Assembly: GCA_963833425.1 (NCBI GenBank)
Contig: CAWHXP010000003.1
Span: 160,001-224,000, forward strand
DNA: 64,000 nucleotides
DNA from: an uncultured Methanosarcinaceae archaeon
GTDB taxonomy: Archaea > Halobacteriota > Methanosarcinia > Methanosarcinales > Methanosarcinaceae
Reading direction: 5' to 3'
Numbering within the stretch: position 1 is the first letter of the stretch; every line of letters begins with the position of its first letter. Both the position numbers and the translations under genes were made by a program. The notes under the pieces were generated by a model. The model did no database searches, was not told where the DNA came from, and worked only from the letters and a program-made list of their open reading frames with translations. Below, piece after piece: positions 11,141-20,850 of this stretch.

Positions 11141-11202
11141 CGCATTAAATGTTATATTTAATTATTTGATGTGACTCTTAGTAAGCTAAAGTGGAAAAGA
11201 GG

Positions 11203-12030
11203 ATGAAGTAAATAAGTCTTGAAGCATGCATTTTTCAAGTTATGGATTCTCAGGACATTGTCGGAGGTACGGGTTTTGTCCTCAGTCCAAATTTAGTTGT
11301 AACTTACGCCCATGTTGTGAAAGACTGCAACACCGGAATAGGTGAATTATTAACTTATTCTTCTATCCTAAAAAAACCAGGTTGGAAGCAGAGATATTAC
11401 GTGATGGTTGGAACGAGGAGGAGATGTTGCTTTCCTACGATTGAATAATTTTTCTCTTCTTAATAACCATGTGGCTAAAAAGCTAGGAACATTAGGATCT
11501 ACAAATGAACTCCAACAGGGTTTTCACCTCTATGGCTATCCAGATATAAGAACAGATTTAAAGGGTACTTTGGGTAGGTCAGATCATAGGACAAGTTCAT
11601 AAAAAACTACTTAATGGGCAGCTATTAGGTCTTTTAGAGTTCTTTTCCGAAACTGAAATTAAGTTACTTCTGGGGTAATACGAGTACATAGGGAGGGAAT
11701 AAGAATTTTACCTTTAACTGGCAATTTGACACCAGTTGTTGGGCCGTTATTACGCACTTTAGAAAGTAATTCTGATCCGGGAACTGCAGTTTCGGTTACA
11801 TTTGATGGGAATTATGCTGTTTCAGATTCCGGTGACGACAAACTAAAGTTTGGGATCTTAAAACAGGAAATGAATACACACATTAAAAGGTCATTCTGAT
11901 CGAGTTTCATCAGTTTCCCTCACCTCCGATGGAAATTTGGCTGTCTCAGCTTCATGGGATAAAACGCTTAAAGTCTGGGATCTTAAAACAAGGGCAGAAG
12001 TCAGAACCTTAGCAGGTCATTTCAATTGTA
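11203..12030 (+). pseudogene. Trypsin-like peptidase - [internal deletion] - APAF1-like helical linker - WD40 repeat protein (pseudogene)
   Basis: GGTGFVLSPNLVVTYAHVV (catalytic His), DVAFLRL (Asp), GYPD; then GQLLGLLEFFSETEIKLLL and ILPLTGNLTPVVGPLLRTLE; WD40 repeats such as LKGHSDRVSSVSLTSDGNLAVSASWDKTLKVWDLKT. Stop at codon 3 and several frameshifts. Confidence 0.75.
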
Positions 12031-12070
12031 GAAATGGTTTGAATTTTAAATTTTGTAGAGGATGTTAGTA

Positions 12071-12958
12071 ATGCCAAATCAACTGGAAGATGAGGATTGG
12101 GACCTCCTTCTTCGGAGAATCAAGGATAAAAAGTGTACTCCCTTTCTTTGGACCCGGAGCTTGTGCTGGAAAGATCCCTGTTGGTTCCCAGATTGCAAGT
12201 GAATGGGCAAAAAAGTATGACTACCCAATGGAAGACTCTGATGACTTGATAAAGGTGGCTCAGTTTGTGGCTGTGACCAAAGACGCTATGATTCCAAAGG
12301 AGGAGATGTGTAGAAAAATCAATGAACTGTTAAAAAAGTCCCACAAAAATACTTTGAAACTTCTGATGAACTTCATGGAGTGCTAGCCGATCTCCCATTG
12401 CCAGTTTATGTCACCACAAATTACGATGACCTTATGGTGCGAGCTCTTAAAAGCCGTGGCAAAACACCAATCCAGGAAATATGTCGGTGGAATGAATACT
12501 TCAAGCGACGCAAACCAACGTCAGACTATGTTCCTACTCCAGAAAAACCTTTAATATATCACCTCCATGGCTGCTATGAAATGCCAGAGTCGCTGGTTCT
12601 AACAGAGGACTACTATCTGGACTTCCTTGTTGCCACCTCAATGAAACAAAACCTGCTTCCTCCGCGTATTCAGAAGGCATTTACAGATTCATCTCTTCTT
12701 TTTCTAGGCTACAGGATAGCTGATTTGGGTTCCCAAGTTCTTTTCCGGATTCTTGCTGAATACTTAGAAATAGGTGATAGAATGCACTATTCCATGCAGC
12801 TTGTGACAGAGAATGTTCATGAGGCAAAAGAAGAAAGAGCTCAGAAATATCTGGATCGCTATTTTGAGGAGTCTAATATCAAGGTACACTGACACGATTG
12901 CCGTGAATTTGCCGTAGAATTGAGAAAACTATGGGAGGCTTTCAATCGTGGTCCTTGA
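12071..12958 (+). pseudogene. Stand-alone SIR2-like (SIR2_2) NADase (pseudogene)
   Basis: MPNQLEDEDWDLLLRRIKDKKCTPFL/GPGAC, VYVTTNYDDL, IYHLHG, LVLTEDYY, LLFLGY. Frameshifts near 12148 and 12340-12380, premature TGA at 12890-12892, natural stop at 12956-12958. Confidence 0.85.
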
Positions 12959-14090
12959 ATTCCAGGCTTACGTGGGCCCTCTACCTTTTGAAGAGAAACA
13001 TAAAGCCATTTTTTTCGGGAGACCGTGAAGCTCGAGATCTCCGGTCCTTAGTCATTGCGCATCGTTTGGTTCTCGTCTATGCCCAGCCGGGTGCAGGTAA
13101 GACTTCACTTATCACTGCAGGGCTTATTTATCTCCTGAAAGAAAAACAGTTTGAAGTTCTCCTTGTGGCGAGAGTTAAAGGCACACTTTTTGGAAATATA
13201 AAATCTGAAGAGATCTCAAACATATTTGTCTTTAATACTCTTACAAGCTTGGCTAAAGATGAGCATGATGTTGAGCGCCTTGCTAAAATTAAACTTGTTG
13301 AGTTTATGAAAGAACAGAAGCATATGCATGATGACAATGGTATGGCATTACTCCATGTCATCATCTTCGATCAGTTTGAGGAAATATTCACTTCGTATCA
13401 AGACCGCTGGAAAGATAGAGAGGAATTCTTTGAGCAAGTAAACATTGCTCTGGAAGCAGATCCCCTTTTAAGGGTAGTTTTTGTCATAAGGGAGGATTTC
13501 ATATCTCAGCTAGATCCTTATGAAGATCATCTACCCGAAAAAATGTGGTTGAGTTATCACATAGAGCGCCTGCGCCGTAATGCTGCCCTGCAAGCAATCG
13601 AAAGGCCATTGAGAGATACTAGTCGCTCTTTTGCGGAAGGCGTGGCAAAAAAAACTTGTCGATGATTTGCTGGAGAGTCGAGTTGAGACAATGAACGGCG
13701 AGATCGCTGAGATAACAGGAGAATTCATAGAAGCTGTGCAACTTCAGGTAGTATGCAAGAACATCTGGCGGGATTTACCATTAAATGAAAAACTAATCAC
13801 GTTTCAGCATCTGAAAAAATATGGTAATTTTTAAGAGGTACTTTACAGGTTTTACGAAGAGGCTATAAAGGCAGCGGTAGAGGAGACAGGCATTGATGAG
13901 TAGAGCCTGCGCAGATTTTGCAATGAAAAGTTAATAACGAAAATAAGGATGCGGGGGACGGAGTACCGGGCTCCAGAGTTCACTTGTGGTATTTCCAATC
14001 CAGCTATTGACGTTCTTGAAAGCAGGCACCTTATTAGAGCAGAGTCGCGGGCAAATGCGCTCTGGTATGAACTGGCACACGACATTATAC
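12948..14090 (+). pseudogene. nSTAND1-family P-loop NTPase (pseudogene, sensor domain absent)
   Basis: GTG 12948: QAYVGPLPFEEKHKAIFFGR/DREA; YAQPGAGKTSL (Walker A); IIFDQFEEIFT (Walker B); VVFVIREDF; VQLQVVC; WYELAHD. Two frameshifts, TAA at 13832, TAG at 13901. Confidence 0.85.
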
Positions 14091-14245
14091 ACCGGACCAT
14101 CATGTTTGAGAGGATTTCAATTTTTTATAAGACCTGGAAATACCATTCCATAGCATAATCTAAGAGTTATTTGCTTTGATATCACTCTTTCTCTGCTTCC
14201 TTTCTCTACCTTACCAACTGGGATTCCAAAGATGTTTGATGCAGT

Positions 14246-14540
14246 CAACATTATGAAGGAAAAATTATCTCATTAAATGTAAGATGGTACCTAAAATATT
14301 CATTGAGCTATAAAAATTTAGAGGAGATGATGGCAGAAAGAGGAATAAAAGTTGATCACACTACTATAATTAGATGGGTACATCGATATTCTTCTGAGAT
14401 GGAAAAGAAGGTGCTTAGACATTTAAAGCCAACTAATGACTCTTGGAGAGTGGACGAAACCTGCATCAAAGTAAAAGGTGAATGAAAATATCTTTATCGT
14501 GCAGTTGATTCAGCTGGGAATACAGTTGAATTTATGCTAA
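14246..14540 (+). mobile_element. IS6-family transposase fragment
   Basis: VRWYLKYSLSYKNLEEMMAERGIKVDHTTIIRWVH...SWRVDETCIKVKGE*KYLYRAVDS; no TIRs seen. Confidence 0.85.
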
Positions 14541-14664
14541 GGAATTGTAACGAAATAACTTAAGTAATCAATTATTCTGTTTGAAGAAAATCGGTTAAGA
14601 CATCCATAAAAACGGTTAGGTACATTGCAAAAATTGACTTAAGGTATTTCGCGGCAAGCACTAA

Positions 14665-14788
14665 GATCCTATCCGAAAAGTCTGTAATGCATGTTGAGAA
14701 GTCACAATAGGTTTATAATATCCGGCCCCGGTTTTGCATATTGCATATCGTAAAAGTTATAGCAGGTAACTACTTTTTGGATAGGCTC
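14665..14788. mobile_element. 124-bp MITE with TAA target duplication
   Basis: TIRs GATCCTATCCGAAAAGT and ACTTTTTGGATAGGCTC; TAA at 14662-14664 and 14789-14791. Confidence 0.7.
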
Positions 14789-14849
14789 TAAAATGTAATT
14801 TTAAACCATAATGTTTAATGTACTTAAATTTAAAGCTTTTTTTATTTCA

Positions 14850-15090
14850 AGAATACACGGTTGATTCCATTTTGTGACCTTTTTTAGGGTTCATTTTTGC
14901 AAAAATCGTTTGTTTAGTTGAGTATTAGATGCAACATATAGGAAAAGGTAGTATTTGACCGATAACCGATGACGGTTATCGGCCATAGAGCCTGTATTCC
15001 CGTGGTCAATGGAATGAACAACTCAACAAACGACTTTCATGAAACTAAATGTATAAAAATCACATCAAATAGTCACACCGCTTATATTGT
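14850..15090. repeat. Long imperfect foldback centred on a perfect 10-bp hairpin
   Basis: CCGATAACCG-ATGA-CGGTTATCGG (14959-14982); outer arms 14902-14920 and 15019-15037 pair at 17 of 19 positions. Confidence 0.7.
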
Positions 15091-16469
15091 AGCATGGAAA
15101 TCACGATAGTCACCATAACCCTCTGCATGATGGCAATATTCGTAGTCTTGGTCATACTAGGCAATGTGGTAGGCTTTGACAAAATTTTAAGGCTCATTCG
15201 CCTTCGCTAAACAATTGGATTGCAGCGCGACCGCTTAAACATCTCCGACAGCAGGATAGCCTACATCATGGCAGACTCAGAAATGAATAAGAGGTCGCTC
15301 TTTATGTAACCGGTTACATGCGAAAGGGAAAGACAATCAGAAAAACGCTACTCTGAATGGGGACACATCGAAAGCTCACGTTGAACAACGTCAAAAGTAT
15401 ACGCTTTAACGTCTGAACGATTCACTTCTTCGAGGCAGGAAGACGAATAATCTTTGACATTCCAAAGATCCAGTAATTTTGAATACCTCTTGAAGAGGCA
15501 AAGTATCCGGCGCTTTTCCAAAGTATATTTGAAAGATATGAGAGAAATCCCACAGAGAGTTTGTAGTGGCTAGGATACTTTCACCCATTGGATCGAATAA
15601 AAACCTTATTTAGAGACTATCAGTGACCTATTCCGTGTTTATTTAAGTAGCCATTACCCCATTTTAATGGTGGACAGACGTTGTATGAAAAGGACTAGAT
15701 ACTAAGTGAGTTGATGCCTTTTTTAGATTGAAATATTGGAACTTTAATCGATTACGACTTATCTTAGAATAAACTAAGCTAGTAAAAATGAAAGATGCTT
15801 TGAACAAAAATTTGGATGCCTGAGGAGAGTATTCTCTATAAGCTATATAGCTCGGTAGGTGAAGCTTACGAACATCCGGAACCACACAGGCTTGAGGTTG
15901 AAAATAAAAGCGGTTTAAGCCAGGAGGGCTCGGAAAATCCTTTTTTATCTGCAGAGAAGCAGGCTGCAGCAGTCGAGAAATAATATCCTTCTAAACCAGA
16001 AACAGAGGAAGAGAGCGGTTAATTCAGGCTTATATCATTTTATTCGGTTTATTGATTTCTTATGATTGTGATCCGGCACTACGTGGTCTTCTACTGTACT
16101 TATTTTTATCATTTATGAAATAATTTCTTTAGCGTTTTATGTGTGCTTATTACGTTTTTAGAAACATATAAATAGAATATTTTTTAACGTATTAGCTTTT
16201 GTGACATCTTTTACTTTTTGTTTAGCTGGTTTTAAGTCTGGATATAAGTTCTCAGAATCCCTATCTAATTTTTTAGGTTGGTTTATCCCATCTTCTTTCT
16301 TTTCTATTAGTTTTGTTAATACTTTTTTATTTATTATGATTCAATTTATCAATTGGGACATTAGAGGTATTGATATTTATTTTTTCATTTTTACTGCAAT
16401 TGTTTTTTTTGTCATTGGCTGTTTGGTTTATATATTTGAGTTTGGCGATAGATAAAAGAGATTGATTTT

Positions 16470-16985
16470 TATGGAATATTATAGCTTATCACTTTACTTG
16501 TCCCTAAAGGACTACAATTGTCTCTAATAGAGTCTATCTGTAGACAAGTTTGAGCCTTCTCTGGCTCATATCCTTTTCGCGCTTTTATCCAGTTTTCCTT
16601 ACCCCATTTTTTACCGTACATCATTTCCATTGAGAAGGAAAGCATCAACTCTTCAAAAGTGTCTACATCTTTATATCCCCCTCAATGTACCAGATCATGT
16701 TGTGTACCTCCCGCAACCAGCTTGAATAAGAATCCAATAACCTGATGAAAGCTTCGTATTCTGACATACCCATAATCCGTATAAAGAAATCGATACATAA
16801 TTCTTGAAGCTGATCTTGCCTAGGTAACCATACACAATCGCTTACATCTTTTGAGTGATGCCAATACCACACTCCAGCATCATCGTCTATTGTATCGTAA
16901 ATGTAATCTCCGTTTTCGTAGCTCCACTTAAGCTGGATTTCCTTCGCAAGCGAACACATTTTAATATATTTATCTGGTAGTCCAT
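16470..16985 (-). pseudogene. Hypothetical protein with WLPRQDQLQ motif (frameshifted)
   Basis: ORF 16663-16959 extends by frameshifts upstream (ATG 16985, DKYIKMC) and downstream (TFEELMLSFSMEMMYGKKW). Confidence 0.5.
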
Positions 16986-17253
16986 TTTACCATCCTCGAA
17001 ATGAATTGTCTATTAATGGGTTAAAAGGATACCCTGAGCTATGTGAAAGTATTCAAATACTATCTTTAATTTAGTTTATTATATTTATTAAAATTTTTTT
17101 CTGTTATGTTCCAGAAATATTGACGTATTTTATAATGACAGTTTTTGTGGTGAAAACAAAGAGTACAGAGCCATTCAGAATACACATAGCTTTCGGTACA
17201 CAGCCGATTTTAGTTTTAGTGCTAACTTATAGACTATTTTTAAAAATACTGTA

Positions 17254-18385
17254 GAGGATTTCGATAAACTTCGGATTTTATTTCTTAGCAGTAATTTCTC
17301 AGATCTTCCCCTCAATTTCTCTATTTAATCCCTCTTTTTGGCTCTACTATTCTCAATTCTTTGATTTTAAAGATAGCTTCCGCTATCTTCAATATACTTT
17401 TTTTATTTCCAATGTCCTCAATTGATGGAGATTATAACAAAAAGCCGTACACAACATTTTTAGATTTACTCTTTTAACAGTAGTAACAAAAACTCTTCCT
17501 GCTTTGAAAATTTCTTTCGTTACTGAATAAACTCTTTCCCCTGGGACTCTTTTTGAGCTAATTCTCTTATTTCTTAATATATCCTTTATTCCCAACGTAT
17601 GTCCTTTGACCGCTCTTTTCATTGTTATATTATACCCTTTCGTTTTTGCTCCAAAGTATCCTCTGTCCTTATAAACCACTTCATTTTCCTCTGTCAAATC
17701 TACATACGAATCATGTACTGACGCAGTTGTTGTTTGAATCTTCTGATCAGCTCATAATCTCTGTCTATTATATTATGAAGCTTATATCCAAAGTGAGACT
17801 TACCTCCCTTCTTTGTCCAGGTTCCGTCTCTGTTTCTTCTTGTTTTTGCCTCATCTCTCTGCTTTTGCATGTCATGGATCTGAATGGATAAAAGTAACAT
17901 CCTGAATCAGTCCATGCTTTATCTGGAAACCCAGAGTATCAAGTTGGCTTTGCAACTTTTCCCATATTTTCTTTGAAATGCTCGATAATTCTCTCCCTAA
18001 ATAGCCATACAGTAGTACTGTAAGGTATGTATTCCGGAAATCCAAGGAATTTCCTAAAAGAAATTCGATCTATACACTGTTTGTCAAGTTCAAAATCAGA
18101 GAGCACATGCCATTGTTGTAAAACAAGCATTTTGAACATCACAATGACATCAGTTTCGGATCTCCCTCCTGAAACGGTTTTGTTAATATACATAGACTCA
18201 AGAATAATACGAAACGCTTTCCAATCAATTCATGAATAAATTTCAGCAAGCTTACCTCCAACAGATTCAAGACGTTTATACTCTTCTTTAAGAGCAAAAT
18301 CAGTAAGAGTTTTCATGAATATACATAAATATTGACAAATTTAAAGTCAACCATGCTCATGAGCATGGAGTTTATCGAAATTCTC
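17254..18385 (-). mobile_element. IS5-family element (IS5 subgroup), transposase frameshifted
   Basis: TIRs GAGGATTTCGATAAACT / AGTTTATCGAAATTCTC; 4-bp TSD TGTA (17250-17253, 18386-18389); fragments MFKMLVLQQWH.LSD, DGTWTKKGGKSHFGYKLH, VYKDRGY. Confidence 0.92.
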
Positions 18386-19359
18386 TGTAGAATACAATTT
18401 AAACATTTGTATGCTTGGAGTTCTCGTCTTTCAAAAACAAGATATAATATCAACCAAATACTACATAGGACCAAAAAATTCAATATTTAGATATCAGATC
18501 CTGAAAATTACAAATCGTTCCTACAATTGCTGTGACATCTTGCAGGGTCACAGAAAGGATTACATAATTATTATTTTACTAGATAAACATTAATTAATTT
18601 TAAGTAGTGACAAATAATATAGTTGTTTTGGGTCTTTACTGTAGTTATTAAATTACTAAGTATGCTTATATTCGCCTTTAAGAACAAGATCAACAAAGGT
18701 CTCCATAAGTAATAATTATTGTCAATAGGTTTAAAGATCTCCCATATTCAAATAATAGGAGTCCATAAGGATTCTCTATGAAATTTAAGCGAAAAAGATC
18801 TCTAGCGCTTCTATCACTATTAATGAATATATAAACTTAAAGATATACTTCAAAAAACAAAAAAAAAAAATCATAACATCATTTCGTGGAGAATAAACAT
18901 AATTCCTCTTATAATTTCAAAATGTGGAATATTGTAGAGCGATTACACAAATTTGAATTAAGGTTTATGGATGATTTTTGTGAACTATTGAGGTAAAATT
19001 TTAATTGAATAAGAATGATCTTTTTTGGCTCAGCAAATCTGAACCACTGTTTTAACATTAAATTAAATTGTTAAATTAGGACTGAATCAAATTTTTCCTA
19101 GGTAAAAGATAAAATTGTTTAGCTTTCAAAAGAGTAGGTGAATAGTCACATTTTCGCTATTATCAAAAGCAGTGAAAATTTAAATATAAATAAAAAATAA
19201 TTATAGTAATATATCTGTTTTGTGAAATAAAGTAGAATGGATTTCCAAAATGAAAGTTTTCACAATCAAACAATTGTAAAACAAATAAAGGACAGTTTGT
19301 ACCGCTTAATATAATAAGCAACTTAATATACATGATTTACACAAATATTTTCGATCACC

Positions 19360-20850
19360 GTGTCAGAGCAAAGAAGTATACCTCTAAAAGAGCATCTATT
19401 AACCCTGAAGTCCTGCAAGCATGGAGGGCTAATTCAGGAAACTTCTGAGACTTACGGGATTCCTGAAAGCGAAATTCTTGACTTCAGTACAAACTTAAAT
19501 CCCCTAGGAAATCCCTTTGAGAATAAGGAAAGCGGATTAAACTTGGATAGCCTTCTCAAAAAGAGTATCGGAAAACTTATGGAGTATCCAGATAATAGGT
19601 ATCTCGAGTTTAGGGAAGCTGCTGCAAGGTTTATAGGGCTCGGAGTAACTCCACTGAATATTATTCCGGGTAACGGTTCCACGGAAATCATCAGGCTTTT
19701 AGTCGAATGCCTGGTTGAAAAAGGGGATAGCGTTCTTCTCCCATGGCCCACTTTTGGGGAATATGAAACGCAATGCCAAATTATGGGAGCAAGACTCGAA
19801 TATCCCAAACAGGAAGATATAGAAACACTTCCGAATGAGGTTCTTGAGAGAGCAAAAATCCTTTTTATTTGTAACCCGAATAACCCAACCGGAAAGCTCC
19901 GTACCAAAGAAGAAATTAAAGCTCTTGCAGAGCGTTGCAGAAATTATGGAACGCTTCTTTTCGTAGACGAGGCTTTTATCGAACTCTCTGCCCCATCTCA
20001 GAGTGTTGCAGATCTAGCAGCAATAAATAACTACGTTTTTGTTCTTCGCTCCCTTACGAAGGATTTTGCAATTCCAGGAATAAGGATGGGCTTCGGAATA
20101 GCTTCCTCTGAAATGGCTGAAATCCTAAATGCCTCAAGGCTCTCCTGGAACCTTGGTACCGTGGCAAATGCTATAGGAACTGCTCTTCTTAACATCGAAG
20201 GCGGTATAAATAATCCATATCTAGAAAAAGCAAGAGCTTTAATCAGAGAAGAAGGAGGAAAACTCAAAGCTAAACTCGACAAAATTAGGGGATTCGAAGC
20301 AGGGGAAGCAAATGTAAATTTTATTTTTGTTGATATCAGCAAATTCATTCTTGATTCCAGCAAATTGAGTGCATGCCTTGCAGCTCGTGGAGTTCTTATC
20401 CGGGACTGTGTCTCTTTCCGGGGCCTTGGAAAAGGATACATAAGAATCGCAGTCCGGACAGCAGAAGAAAATGACAAGCTCATTGCTGCAATAGGGGATG
20501 TTGTTTCCCAGTGGGGCAAAGAACAGGCAAAGAATGAACTACAGAATGTAATTGAAAAAGCCTCTGAAATAGAAATTGAAGGTAGAAAGACCTGTGAATA
20601 CTATCCCTGTCATTTTGAAGGCCAAAACTGTACTTTCTGCTTCTGTCCTTTTTATCCGTGTGAGAACGAATGCACAAGGGGGAAGTGGATAACAAGTTCA
20701 GGGGGCAGCAAAGTATGGAGTTGTATAGACTGCCATATTGTTCACAATAAGGAAATAGCCCGAAAAATTCTTGACAGCCTCATGCAGAAAGGAGATGCCG
20801 ATGAACTTGTGAAAATAGCCTGGAAAAAAGTGGTGGAGCCGAGGTTATGA
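19360..20850 (+). CDS. cobD: L-threonine-O-3-phosphate decarboxylase with C-terminal cysteine-rich domain
   Basis: HGG, DFSTNLNPLG, CNPNNPTG, DEAF, RSLTKDFAIPGIRMG (PLP lysine); C-terminal CEYYPCH...CTFCFCPFYPC...CIDC. Confidence 0.92.
   Translation: MSEQRSIPLKEHLLTLKSCKHGGLIQETSETYGIPESEILDFSTNLNPLGNPFENKESGLNLDSLLKKSIGKLMEYPDNRYLEFREAAARFIGLGVTPLNIIPGNGSTEIIRLLVECLVEKGDSVLLPWPTFGEYETQCQIMGARLEYPKQEDIETLPNEVLERAKILFICNPNNPTGKLRTKEEIKALAERCRNYGTLLFVDEAFIELSAPSQSVADLAAINNYVFVLRSLTKDFAIPGIRMGFGIASSEMAEILNASRLSWNLGTVANAIGTALLNIEGGINNPYLEKARALIREEGGKLKAKLDKIRGFEAGEANVNFIFVDISKFILDSSKLSACLAARGVLIRDCVSFRGLGKGYIRIAVRTAEENDKLIAAIGDVVSQWGKEQAKNELQNVIEKASEIEIEGRKTCEYYPCHFEGQNCTFCFCPFYPCENECTRGKWITSSGGSKVWSCIDCHIVHNKEIARKILDSLMQKGDADELVKIAWKKVVEPRL

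Noticed and set aside
13901..13903. In-frame TAG in nSTAND1 as a pyrrolysine codon
   Set aside because: The same gene has an upstream TAA and frameshifts, so decay explains it.
15180..15590. GC-richer stretch considered as a group II intron or ncRNA
   Set aside because: No GUGCG 5' end, domain V or RT motif recognised; looks like an unidentifiable coding remnant.
16201..16455. 84-aa hydrophobic ORF
   Set aside because: Phe/Ile richness follows from T-rich DNA; no RBS; probably the antisense of an A-rich remnant.
20560..20850. Cys-rich C-terminal domain on CobD as a novelty
   Set aside because: Already described for Methanosarcina CobD.
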